Assembly (NCBI RefSeq): GCF_009914755.1
Contig: NC_060937.1
From: the human T2T-CHM13v2.0 reference genome, Homo sapiens
Reading direction: 5' to 3' (one strand)
DNA: 64,000 nucleotides
Shown here: piece after piece, positions 43,347 through 63,077 of the stretch
How the letters are laid out: the number at the start of each line of letters is the position of its first letter
Numbering within the stretch: position 1 is the first letter of the stretch
Program-made: the position numbers and the translations under genes
Notes under the pieces: generated by a model
Seen by the model: the letters and a program-made list of their open reading frames with translations, nothing else
Databases searched by the model: none
Told to the model about the DNA's origin: nothing

Positions 43347-43445
43347 GGAATGAGCCACTGCATCCAGATTTTTTTTTTGTTTTTAATGTCATTTATGAGC
43401 CACCAGTTTAGATTAATTCTGTAAAGGTGTAAGATTACCAGAGGA

Positions 43446-43859
<414 letters not shown>

Positions 43860-45918
43860 TTAATGCCTTTTCTAAGAAAAGGGGACATGGAGAATTATTG
43901 GAAAACAGGGAAGAAAGGGGAGGAAAAAAAACAACTTTGAGACATGGAAGAAAAGTAGCATTTATACAAGGAATCCATTACCTGACTTTGCAGAAGAGTA
44001 AGGAAATAATTTCAAAACAGAGATAAGAAATCAATCACATTCTTTCAAGCAAAAGATGATAGATTACATTATTTTGTTTTGTTTTAAAAGTTCTGAAACA
44101 TGAAGATGTCTGTACAAACAGATTCACTATTAGGTTCTCGGCTCCCTGAGGGCTGGGACTGTCTCTTATTTACATTTGATTCTACAGTACCTAACATTGT
44201 ACCTGACACCCATAGGTAGGTGCACAATACATAGTTGATGAACCAATAAACTACAGATTTTTCTATACACTACATGGGCCATATATTACATTTTTCAATG
44301 TAAAATGTAATAATTCTTTTCTATGTGTATATATGAAAGTTTCTATTAGCTAACACTAGTAACTGTAAGAGGTGACAGTAGTAGCTCAATCATATATCTT
44401 TCTCACATGATCATTTCTACCTTGAATACAATTTAATTAGAAAAACTACCATGTGCACTAATGCTAGAAAGAGTTGAGATAAAATGTATAAATGAAGAAA
44501 CTTCTTGGATTACTGAAGTGCTGTCTGTTACAAGCATAACTGCCATCTTAAATTGTACATTTTTAAAGAGGGTGTGAAATATTTTTCCAAGCAATGCAGT
44601 GTTTAGTGCATGGCAAGTATATATATGAAAGTACCTAGAAATTTGGGGGATTTTCCTCCCTCATCTAAAGTAAAATAAGAACAGGTTTTTAATATTGTGT
44701 ATATTTTTAAAAGATGTCTTATTATTCAGTACCACTGTTCCCCAGAAATTGCAGATGATTATGAAATTATTATCACTTTCCTTGGGAATTTATTTCCAGG
44801 TTAGATAATCACTAGACACTAGGTTAAATAACTCATTGATCCAATAATGTGTCTAGATTTTCTCAAAGTCTTTACTGTTGCTTTAGTGATCTGCAAAGAG
44901 TTAATATTTGCCAAGAGGCAGGAAAACGTGGCGAAAGAGTGCCCTTCCCAGGAGACTGGAACGTGGGAAATGAGAAAGTGTAAGTCGACGTGTGATGCTT
45001 TTCTCCAACCTTTGGTTTCACCTGCTTCTTGACACAGGACTGAAACACAAGCTATTCTGGCACGCTGCGCAGACTCAAAGTTTGCAGGACTGCCTGACAC
45101 GAACAACCAGCACGACAGGAACCTGGTCTCCTCTGTGGAAAGCAGGAGTCTCCCTGGGTGGCTGGCTCTTGGACCAAGTTCTGGTCTTATCTTGCAATCT
45201 GGGAAACAGCATTTCATGCTATTTTCATATTTATTTTCCCATATTAGACTCTGTTTTTACAGTGGTAGACTGAGGGAACATGACTTTTGGCTTCACAGTT
45301 TTTTTTCTTTTCCGATCACAGTTTGTTTAAAATGTACCACTGAATATGAGCACAGGAGCCCAGCTATAGGTATGTCAACCTTAGAAATAAAGTTTCTATG
45401 GCCTATCTCATTAATTCATTGTACAAGTTTGTTGTTTTTTTTTTCTTGCCAACAGCACTAAAAGTGACATCATTTAAACTGTAGGGGTTTCACTGCTTTG
45501 TTTCATCTGAGTGATATTTGCTTTAGTGCTGCTAATACCTGACTTTTGCTGTATAAACAGTTTCAATGTTTCTGTGAGGCCACACAACATGCTTTATAAT
45601 GACACGGCTGACTAAAGCTGTCTTTTATTCTGCTAACACCCTTCAAATACTGTTGACAATATCGCCTCTCAAGTGTTTCCTCCCACAAAATCTGCTGCTT
45701 ATAGCACAGGCACCAAAGTCCTGCTTTTCCAATTGCACTGTACTGGCATCAGGTTAACTAGAAAGCACAAAACAAACGGTGATTAAAAAAAATAAGAACA
45801 GTATACATTCTATGTATTTACACATGTTTTTAGAAACTTCAGTTGCAAATCTGAAATGATACAAGCCACTCCCTGCAATAGCCTCTATCCTATGGAAATG
45901 CAGCTTAAGACATGACTG

Positions 45919-46245
<327 letters not shown>

Positions 46246-46779
46246 TCAGATGAATCCAAATCAGTGCATTCCCTCAGGGTTCACAACTGAATACTCGGAT
46301 CTAGAGAGGTTCTGGCACTCCAGTCACACGGGAAGCACTGAAAAATCATTTTCCCTTCCACAAAGGAAGAAACTTGACCTTTTGTTCACCCCTTCATGCC
46401 CAGGACAGTGTCTTGCACAAAATGGTTACTGCAGACCAGTGACTGGACCTGAAAGTGGTAAAGACAGAACTGGAAGGCGCTCTTGGTTTTTCAGGGCTCA
46501 TTATCAAAGCTTGCTTATTCTCTCTCTCTCTCTCTCTCTAGTTCAACTGGCAATTTCCCTTTTATCACCATTCAAAGGAGAGACAGTTAAAATTTTTTTT
46601 TTTAATTTGCATATTTTTCTCTATATGTTATATATCAATGAAAGGATATTTAAAAATGAAGGGAGATCACAGCCAAGTAAATCAGTTCTGTGACTGGGAG
46701 CAGTGATTCTCTGTAGAGTTTTTTAAAACTTGGATTTCAACACAACCATGCTGCCTGATCACATTTTACTTTCATGACT

Positions 46780-48877
<2,098 letters not shown>

Positions 48878-50247
48878 GTCCTAGAATCAGTAAAAATCAG
48901 AGCTGAAAGAAACCTTAAAGAGATCTGATCCATCAGCCCAGTGGTAGCTACAGCTGCTCATCTCAAATGTTAAAAAAAAATGATCTATAGTTATATTTAC
49001 TATGTATTTATTTTAAAAGTTCCTGCAGTATTAGGAACAGTTTGTCTTCTGTGTCAATTGTGTAGCTTTATGAATGTAAATGCTGCCTATCTGAGAAATG
49101 TATCTAGTTATTAGGAAAATCAGATTTCTATATAAGCTTATATTTAATCAGAGTGAAATAATTACCTATGAGATATTGGCATTTCATCCTAATTTTAAAA
49201 ACACAGACCCGGAAAAAAAAAAAACTGTATGATTCAAATGATGCCCTCTGCCGTTTCTAAAGCAACAGAACATTTGAAAAGATTTCGAAGTTATTTGTTA
49301 ATATAACTTTATAATATATGCTTTCAAAACACTAAATTTGAATGAAACTGCTTTGTCACCATGAAAGAGAAATAATTTCAAGCAGCTGTTTTTTAAAATT
49401 GGAAACTATATTGTTCTTACTTTTTAAATAATTACTAAAGTGATAATAAAAACATAATTTGAGTATAGAAAAATTATTTGTCATGGTAATTTTAAAGTGC
49501 TAATAAAATTTACTTTGAAAAAAATGCCTGGAACAAGCCATGCTGATTCCCTGGATGGAATCATGGCAGTAAGAAAACTGTCACACATACCCCGATACTT
49601 TGATAAGCCCATATTTTGAAATACTAGACTCATTTGCGAGTACTTTGCAACAGACAAAATAGCAGGTGATGAAACTGAAGGCTTTCACTTCCATATACAA
49701 ACCCAGTTGTCTTTCCTTCCCACTAAGAAACTTCCTTGGTTCTCCAGCCTTCATAGCAACCTTAATAAGATTCGATATGAGAAATTCAACAAATATTCAT
49801 CAACAGAACATATACTGCTCTCTGAATTAATCACACCCGTTTCTATTCCAAATTGTTTATACCTTTATAACACTACTTAGTTTATTATCTTGTATTAGAA
49901 CCAACCCTGCCTATTTTTGTAGCTTATTCATAAATATTATCTCCTCCATGTGCCTGTATGCTTTCTAAGAGTAAGGAGAGTATCTTACTGAATTCAGATA
50001 AATTCACCAACATTCACTGAGTGATAACAGTGCTTGGCAATTGGAAGGATGGAAAAAATCTCTGTTGCACTAGTCCTGTAAAATTACTGTTGTTACTTTA
50101 TCATCTGCATTAAAAACAATCAAATAGCCACCTTGTTTTTCCTCAAAAGTAATGTGTAACAATTTTCATATAATTGCTAAACAAGACAGTTTATACTCAA
50201 AGAGGAACTCCTCCTAAAAACAATAGAATTCAAAAAAATTGGTTTTG

Positions 50248-50991
<744 letters not shown>

Positions 50992-51119
50992 CTAGGAGAT
51001 GTGACTCTCCCATCAGGTTGTCAGATCACTGATCAGATGAATGAGATGTGTGACCTAAATGCCGCTTAGTTTAATGATAATCTGTGCTTTTTCCACAAAT
51101 CCATTTAAAAGTGGATCGC

Positions 51120-51452
<333 letters not shown>

Positions 51453-51557
51453 TTAACAATCACTCCCAAGAACCAGTCAGTAAGGTCTCATATACTATTC
51501 CTCCCATCATTCCTGTTTATTTGTTCCAAAAATAAGGTTTTATAATATTAGAAATGA

Positions 51558-51914
<357 letters not shown>

Positions 51915-52246
51915 CACAAATTTTAAAATTTAAAACTGGACACAGTTAATATCATGAAAATGTAACTTAAGTGCACATATTAAACCTACCTCAGAGGAAA
52001 CAATAAAAGACACTTAAAAAATTTACCAATACTTATAAATCTGTTTCTCTTAACAAATACCTCAGAGATCTATTTCAATTAAATTTGTCATCCACTAATA
52101 TAAATCATATAAATAATGTCTATTTTGATTTGTGAAGTGAAATTTCTACATTTTCAGATACAGTAATATAAAAACTCATAAGCAAAATATAGCCTACATC
52201 ACTTTATCTAATATTCTTGGAATTAAAGTTCAAAAGAGCATCTTGA

Positions 52247-52520
52247 GGCTGGGTGCTCACACCTGCAATCCCAGCACTTTAGGAGGTCAAGGTAGGTGAA
52301 TCACTTGAGATCAGGAGCTCAAGTCTGGCCTGGCCAACATGGTGAAACCCTGTCTCTACTAAAAAATACAAAAATTAAGTGGACATGGGGACACACGCTT
52401 GTAATCCCAGCTACTTGGGAGGCGGAGGCTGCAGTGAGCGAAGATCACGCCACTACTGCACTCCAGACTGGGCGACTGAGTGAGAGTCCATCTCAAAAAA
52501 AAAAAAAAAAAAAAAAAAGA
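52247..52520 (+). mobile_element. Alu with internal right-arm deletion
   Basis: gctacttgggaggcggaggctgcagtgagc skips the segment between the two gggaggc motifs. Confidence 0.9.
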
Positions 52521-54034
52521 AAAGCATCCTGAGAATGTTGCTGCTCATGCTAATTTCCATTCCAAATTAAATTTTAGTTGATCCTTTCCCTCTAAATGTC
52601 TGGGTTTGAGATTTAATATAAATGTATAGCGAGGGACTGATGTTAGAAAAAAATGAAGAAATTCTAGTCTAGTGAATATTAAATATCAGAACAATTTTAC
52701 TCCCACTTTTGATGGGGAAAAAAAAGTCTCCAGCACTAGAAGTCAATGTGATTATACATATGATCACTATGCAGTTATAAGGTGTTTGTAGAAACAATCC
52801 AGAATATACTTATATATTTGGGGTCTAATTGTGAAACTTTTAAAGAACAGAACTCACAGCTTCCAGGGCTGCTCAGGGCCTCGTGTGCATGACTCTGAAT
52901 CTAGGAAACGTTACTGACATAGCTGCTGGGAGTTTCTTTGTCAGGTCCTAAGTAGCACTTGAGGCAGTTCTGCATTATATGTGATTACATCCCACCATAT
53001 TTATTGTTTCCTTTTCCCTTAATAAAATTTTAGAAAAGAACAATTTTGAGTAGTATGTATCCCAACCACATCACTCTGAAGAAACTGAGCCAGGGTCGCA
53101 CAGCTAAAGCACAGCCCTGGATATCCAGTCCACGACTGTCCTGTCACTGCCTCTCCTCTTCCTCAGTCAGAGACTGGCTCCCCTTCTCCGCTTCCCTCAG
53201 CCTTCCTCTCCCTCCTCTATCTCATCGCTGTTACCCACTCTCCTGAATGGCCTTGGGCCCTAACCCCAGGGCCTAGGTGGTGGTGCCAGGGGGCAGAAGG
53301 ATGGTCCTAACTGGCTGGGAGAGTTACTTGGCTGGACCCTCACGATCATAAAGAGAACCCCAGGCCAGGGCAAAATGCAAACACCGCCTCTTACAACAAC
53401 CCCTGTGGGCTCCAAAGGGGAAAGACCTGCCTTGTGAGGGTGGGCGGAGGTTTTTTCAAGAGGGAAAGCAGGTGAAGGGGCCAGAGTGGAGCTGCTAAGG
53501 ATTTAGTCGGTATGTGAATTGAATGACCTTCAAATATGTAATCCTCTCAAAACCTATTACATAAGATAAATACGATTTTTTTGTTATCTGAGTCTGTTAT
53601 CTATCTTCAGGGGTTGGTTTTCAATCCTGTTCAGGTCATCTGCAACCACAGTCCACTTTGGCAAAGCTACCAATGCAGAGAAGAGCCTGGGCAGGTAGGC
53701 AGTCGTCCAGCATCCAGAGAGAGAAGAGCAGAGCCAATGGGACCAGCATGCGGAGCCCGCCCAGAAACACCAGAAAAGGGTGGAACCCAGCCTCAGGGTG
53801 AGGGAGGCCAGATTCTGGCTAGAGACACCAGCATCTGAGGAGGAGTCAAGTAGGCCAACAATGTTATTTGCATCCATTTGGTAGGCCAGAATAGTAGCTT
53901 TAAACGCCAGTGTCAGATTCAAGATCACCACAGAGTAGAGCAGTGGTTCTTAAACCTTAGCTTGCACTAAGACCACTTGCAGGGCTTATTAAAACAGATC
54001 ACTACTTCAGCAGGTCCAGGGTGAGGCCGGGTGA

Positions 54035-54346
<312 letters not shown>

Positions 54347-56555
54347 AGTGATATTCCTTTAAAACGGTACAGGAAAAGCATGAACATGTGCAGATTTTAC
54401 TGCAGCCTACATTCTGACAGTTCTGTATGAAATGCTTAAAAGAGACATCACACCTGTTAGTTGCAATCAAATATGCCATTAATATGTTCATTATTGTAAT
54501 TTAGTAGCATTAGAAGTGGAAGGAAAAGCTAGTGTTACAATCCTGCAGCCTGTTCTAACTCCTAGCAATAAGGAATAAATGCCCCAAAGGAAGTACTGCC
54601 TGAGATCATAAAGAGAACACTGGCAATGCAGCCCTCAAGCAAGTTCCACCCACATCTTGGGCTCTGTATCTGCTTGGGCTGTGTCTTTCTTTATCTGAAC
54701 TTTCCATTTGTGTGTGACTGCCACCCACTTTTTATGAGATCATGGAGTGTGGAGTCCTGTGTTGTGGTTAATGAGGACTAGAAGAACCTTGGGTTTAATT
54801 TGGGTTTGCTGGGTGGAACTACAATAGTGTGTCCCCTTTCAATCCTCTTCTTTTGCCTTGAATGACAGGAAATGACTGGGAAGAGGGCAGGTTGGGCAGG
54901 CTGGTGAGAGTGTGCCAATCTCTGGAACCTACTAACAGAGGAAGAAGTCAGTGTCCCAAAGTAGAAGGAAGGTGCAGGGATACCCTCCTTACTGGGAGGG
55001 AGGCAAAAAGATCACCATAAAAGGCAGAGTGTCCTGCACAGAAGATGCAGAAGCCTCTCCACTCCTCTTAGGACAAAACCTAAACGTCCCAACACAAGCA
55101 CAACGCCTCCTCTCGAGTTTGTAATTAATCTTCCCCTTGCCTTTGTTGCCTTTTCTTCTGCACAGCTATTTTAGAAGCTTTAAGAAAATATATATATTTC
55201 TGAGTGTAATAATGGTATTATTTCTTATATAGTTAGATATAAACTCCAATAGATGGGAAAAAGGATATGAAGCATGAGATTTGCTCTAAAATATTCTAGC
55301 AAAAATACTGTAGAGCGATAGATGAAAAAGAACGGCACAGAATGTGAATCTTTATTGAAGCCGGAGATACTAAGATGAAGACTCATTATATTCCCCTCTC
55401 TGTTTTCCTATTTGAAATTTCCCACAATAAAAAAGTTTTAATGGGTGGTAAAAAAAAATACTAATAATATAAAAATACATTTTTCCAGATCCACACCAGG
55501 GCCTAGGTCAGAGGATGGAGGCAGGTCTTCCAGAGGACTGTGCCTACCGTTGTGCACTGCACAACCACTGCAAACCAGGGTTTGCCTCCTAGTCTTCAGA
55601 GCTTTGTGTAATTATTACAATCCTTTCCCAGCAGATGGCAGTAATTTCTCTTGAGGAAGAGGCACCTTTTCCTAACTCACACAAAGTCACCTCTGGGCTG
55701 ATAGCAAGGCTGGTCCTCCAAGACTGCCCCTGATGACCAAGTTTCTCAGGACAACATGATAAACAAGCTTGTTTGGGTCCAACTGTACTACACGGCATGT
55801 CCCATACTGTCACTCAAACACGCAGCCACTCTGCCTGGGCTGCACTGTGAGGTGTCTCCCTTACCACTGCTGCTGCCTTCCAGAGCACCCTTACACACCA
55901 TGCCCACCCCATCCTCACAGGATCAAGAAAGCCCACTATAGAAAATTTAGAAAATACAGACAGAAAAGAAAAATCAGCCACAAATCCACAGCCCAGAAAT
56001 AATCAAAGCTAACATCTATTAGTTATTAGCTATTAACATTTTTCAGTCTTTTTTATGTGTTTTTGAGACAGTCTCCTGCCTAGTTGGGGCTACAGATGCA
56101 CGCCGCCATACTCAGCTAACTTTTTGGTATTTTTTGTAGTGACAGGGTCTCACCATGTTGCCCACCTGGTCATGAACTCCTACGCTCAAGCAATCCACCC
56201 ACCTCGACCTCCCAAAGTGCTGGGATTACAGGTGTGAGCCACCATGCTCAGCCATGTGCATTTTTAAGAAGAAAATTGGGATCATACTCTACAGGATGTT
56301 TTAAAACTTGTTTTCAGTTAATAATATCTTGTGAACATTTTCTCAGGATATTAAGTATTCTGCAACATCAAGTTTAATGACTGTAACAGTGTGACATTGC
56401 ATCCTATGTTAAAATATTTTTTAGGATTTGCTTTTTTTAAGATGAGAAGCCTTACATGTGTTCAGAGGCAGAACAAAAGGACTATTTTGAGACAGGGAAG
56501 TGAAATCCATTGGGAAAGGAAGCAACCCAAATACCACCTGGACATGCAGACCCTC

Positions 56556-57421
<866 letters not shown>

Positions 57422-57617
57422 TCTCTGCAAGGAGCTGACTGGTGAAATCCTTATGTCAAGATAATTCCTTTCATAAAACAAGAAGAATTACTAGAATTAT
57501 ACAGAACTTGAGATATACAAGAAAATAAAGATTCATAAAATGGTTTAAAAAAAGCCCAATTCCAAAAACAATGCAATGATTTGGAATATGTGATAATTAT
57601 TTTCAGGATACGCTTGA

Positions 57618-57996
<379 letters not shown>

Positions 57997-58209
57997 CCAG
58001 CGTGTCTCTTAGATATTAGGTAATCAGTGGGGGTAGCTATCATCATCATCATATTATTATTATTTGATATGTCATTGTAGAGAGTTCAAGTGGTCTGCCT
58101 AGTTTCTAAGGAAGAATATGGATAGATCCCACACTGGAATGAGATGTTCCAGGCTGCCCAAGGTATTGCCTTTGACATTTAAGTGGTAGCTTTTGGTGTG
58201 CTAGTGCTA

Positions 58210-58460
58210 ACTGTTAGTAGCTATTTAAAGCATCTTGCTAGTGAGGTCAAAGTCATAAGTTCAGTCCCTTTGTACCAGTTAACTGCTGCATGGCTACAAA
58301 TAAATGCTTTCTACCAGCCCCTCTACCTCAGGGACATACCCACTAGATGGTAAGTGGGGTAAATGAGGACCCATCATCACCACTAGAGAAAACAAAACTC
58401 AAAATGCACGCAGTGCTGACAGGGTGGCAACATGACCTTCCTTTAGCAGGGCCAGCCATT
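58210..58460 (+). mobile_element. MamSINE1-like ancient tRNA-derived SINE
   Basis: agcatcttgctagtgaggtcaaagtcataagttcagtccc tRNA-like head; catcaccactagagaaaacaaaactcaaa body. Confidence 0.55.
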
Positions 58461-58504
58461 TAGCTAATTTAAGTCACAAGGAATAAAAGCCAGAAATGGT
58501 GTGA

Positions 58505-59211
<707 letters not shown>

Positions 59212-59271
59212 CTAATTAATCTCAATAGAACAGCCAGGCAATCTTTTCGAAAGTGTAAAGTCAGATCATAT

Positions 59272-59372
59272 TGTAAACCAAAAATAAAACTGGAAGGCCC
59301 CGCAACAATTTGAATGGACCCCCTCTCCTCAGCCAGGGAGCTCTAAAATTTAACCTGACAGACTGGTTCAGG
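59272..59372 (+). mobile_element. MER4-group LTR 5' fragment
   Basis: tgtaaaccaaaaataaaa...tgaatggacccc...taacctga...ggttcagg. Confidence 0.6.
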
Positions 59373-59402
59373 CTCCACGAACACTGACTTCCTTGCTCTC
59401 TG

Positions 59403-60038
59403 TGTCACAGCCATTTGAACCAGAGCAACTCCATCTTGAATAGGGGCTGAGTAAAATAAGGTGGAGACCTACTGGGCTGCATTCCCAGGATGCTAGGAAT
59501 TCTTAGTCACAGGATGACATAGGAGGTTGGCACGAGATACAGGTCACAAAGACCCTGCTGGTAAAACAGAGTGCCATAAAGAAGCCAGCCAAAACCCACC
59601 CAAACCAAGATGGCATTAAAGTGACCTCTAGTCATCCTCACTGCTCATTATATGCTAATTATAATGCATCAGCATGCTAAAAGACACTCCCACTAGCACC
59701 ATGACAGTTTACAGATTCCATGGCCGTGCCCAGGTTACCCTATATAGTCTAAAAAGGAAATGAACCCTCAGCTCCAGGAAATCTCCACCCCTTTCCCAGA
59801 AAACTCATGAAAAAGGAAAAAGTCCACCCTTTGTTTAGCATATAATCAAGAAATAACTACATTATCAGTCGAACAGCCCATGCTGCTGCTCTGCCTGTGG
59901 AGTAGCCATTCTTTTGTTTCTTTACCTCTCTAATAAACTTGCTTTCAGTTTACTCTATGGACTCACCCCAAATTCTTTCTTGTGTGAGTTCCAAGAATCT
60001 TCTCTTGGGGTCTGAATCGGGACACCTTTCTGGTAACA
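59403..60038 (+). mobile_element. MER41B-type solo LTR
   Basis: tgtcacag...tttgaaccagagcaactccatcttgaatagg...gaaccctcagctccaggaa...ttcccagaaaactcatga...ggtaaca. Confidence 0.88.
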
Positions 60039-60749
60039 TCTTCTCAAATGTCACTTTTCCAGGAAGGCCTTCCCTGGTTACGCTGGTTTAAAGTCTCCAT
60101 TCTCTTCCCCTGCTTTGTGTTTCTCTATTGGACATACTGTATGTTGTATTTCGTGTCTGTCTTTCCCCAGCAGCAAGCAATCCAGGAAGCCTGCTCATGG
60201 TCTTTCTTCCACTGTTGCATCCCTCGTGTCCAGTCTGGCTGAGAGGCGATGCTCAGTAAGTACTCGTGAGATGAATGCATATTACTAAAACCTAATGTCT
60301 GTTAACTAACTCCACAGAGCAAGTTAACTCATTTGCTAGCCGAGGAATGCATTTTGCAGATAACTTACTCAGGCTGGTGCTCCTGGAAGCCATGCTGCTC
60401 AGAACCAGATAACCCATGGCAGCATCTGAGAGAGAATCCTGTGATCTCACAGAAGACTGACTGCCCTTGCTTTAAAATCTCCCAAGCCAACACTTTTTTC
60501 CACCCACACGCTTTATGGCAAGGCTTGTGGCATGTCCAAAAAAAAATTTTTTTCCACATTGGAGTAATTTCTAAGCAGCTCTGAGAAAACTGTAACTTTG
60601 TCTTCGGACCATGTGACAGTGAGTACCCTTGCATCGAGGGGAGCACTATTAGGTGCTCCAGTTTGCAGAACAGGTCATCAGTCCCAGCTCTTGCTCATGT
60701 GGCTTCTTAACCCTAAAGACGAGCTCTCAGTCAACAACACAGGAGCTAC

Positions 60750-61152
60750 TGATATAATTGGGATATTTGACTCCTCCAAATCTCATATCGAAATCTGATT
60801 CTCAATATTGGAGGTGGGGCTTGGTGGGAGGTATCTGGGTCACACAGAAGGATCTCTCATGATCTGCTTGGTGCCCTCCTTGAGGTAATGAGTGGATTCT
60901 CACTCTATTAGTTCCTGCCAGATCAGTTTGTTAAAAAGAGACCAGCACCTCCCTCCCTTCTCTTTCTGTCTCTTCCCAGGTGACACACAGGCTCTCCTTT
61001 GCCTTACACAGTGATTTTCAGAAGCTTCCTAAAGCCCTCACCAGAAGCACATGCCAGTACAGCCTGCAGACCCATGGGCCAAATAAACCTCTTTTTTTAA
61101 TAAATTACCCAGTCTCAGGTATTCCTTTATAGCAGTGAAACAGACTACCACA
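60750..61152 (+). mobile_element. MaLR LTR (MSTB-like)
   Basis: tgatataattggga...aaatctcat...ttggaggtggggc...aattacccagtctcaggtattcctttatagca. Confidence 0.82.
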
Positions 61153-61559
61153 CACTCTCCATGTCCTCAGCAGGAGCACCTTGAAGAAGCGACTTGCAGA
61201 CAGGTTCCTAGAACACATTCAGCACTCCTTTAATACTTTAATCCTGTCTTTGGATCCACTGGCACCAGCAGAAATTGAACATGCAGACCAATCTGCAAAG
61301 CTCCTCAGCAAACTGCTTCACAACATTATGTGTTAATGTTTTGCCTTGAGAGTTCACTGAAGGTTCTTCTAAAAATCATTTGAAAGTAAAGCCATGCTCA
61401 AGAAACTTGTTTAGGAATTAATTCAAAGATTATTTCCTTTGAGGAATGGCTATTTTCCCCCTTTGGGATAAAAATTACATTCCAGAGTGAGTTTTTCATT
61501 TCTTCCCTCCTTGTCAGGAAACCTAGAGTAAAATCACCACCATCTTCTCCAGCTCTCTG

Positions 61560-61660
61560 TGTCAGAGACGTTTGAACCAGAGCAACTCCATCTTGAATAG
61601 GGGTTAGGTAAAATAAGGTTGAGACCTACAGGGCTGCATTCCCAGGAGGTCAGGCATTCT
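61560..61660 (+). mobile_element. MER41 5' fragment (~100 bp)
   Basis: tgtcagagacgtttgaaccagagcaactccatcttgaatagggg...gggctgcattcccaggaggtcaggcattct. Confidence 0.85.
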
Positions 61661-61696
61661 CTCATCCAAGTACTAACCAGGCCCGACCCTGCTTAG
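61658..61696 (-). pseudogene. 5S rRNA internal fragment (pseudogene piece)
   Basis: Reverse complement CTAAGCAGGGTCGGGCCTGGTTAGTACTTGGATGAGAGA matches human 5S rRNA (…ctaagcagggtcgggcctggttagtacttggatgggaga…) at 38/39 nt, from recall. Confidence 0.88.
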
Positions 61697-62747
61697 TTTG
61701 GTTAACAATGCTAACCCTTATGGATGACATATCTGGATTCTTCTCCCCTCCCCTCGACCCGTTTCTGATTTTCTATTTTTCATTTATCATTTCACTGCAA
61801 TGGTTTCTCGTAAGTTGCCTCAAAGCCACTATGGAGACAGAATATAAATAAACATAAAGTAACTGTCTCCATTAAGAGTCAACATCAATGAATGATTTCA
61901 ACCTGTTTCTAAACAATGGCTTTTAGGTTTACTCCAACAGGAGACATTTTGAAGGTATGTTAGGAAGAATATTAGAATGCATCACCAAATGGAACAATGA
62001 ATCTCCCCTGGAAATTTGAAAGAAAAGGCTCAGGCTCCCTTCCCGAGGTGGCTTAAGTGCTGGATGGAGAGAGAAAAGGTCAAATGACTGAAGGTTCTTC
62101 ACATCTATGACTCCATGGTATCATTCGAAGATACCAACTATTCCAATAGAAAAGAAAATAATTTAAAGATCCTCAGCCAGACCACACACTCAGCTGGGAT
62201 TTGCTACCATCACTCAGACCAATGAGATGGGCTTCAAAAGCATCACTGGTCAGAAAAGAGACCAGTATGACTTGTACCCAATCAGCCTGCACACAGGAGA
62301 GCCCCAATCACATGCCAAAGGCTTCCAGACATAAATCAGTCATTCTTTCTAACTACCTAGCTGCTAAGTCTCCAAAGGGAACTTCACCTGATACAAATAA
62401 TCATCTAGTCAGAATTCCTGTTCTTCAGAAATGATCCTAGTTTGTAAGTTTTAGGGAAATGAAAAATAATGCATAACACTTCTATTTAATAATTTCATCC
62501 GGCTTTCTTCATATTTATCATCTTGCTTGTCTTCACAATCCCCACTCCATGCCACCCCTAGAAAGTGGCATGATGACATTAGAGGAAGAGGGACTAAGAT
62601 CCTGACAACCTATGTGCTTTCCCCAGTGGTAATGTCAGAGCTATCTCAGAGCTCACCAGCCCTGGGGTCCTTCCACAGGGGCACATGACCAACATGTGAG
62701 GGTGGTCACGTGCACTTCTACACACATGACCATCTACATTTCGGCTA

Positions 62748-63077
<330 letters not shown>

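Noticed and set aside
58225-58275. tRNA-like A/B-box sequence
   Set aside because: Cannot fold as a cloverleaf; better explained as the head of a MamSINE1-like SINE.
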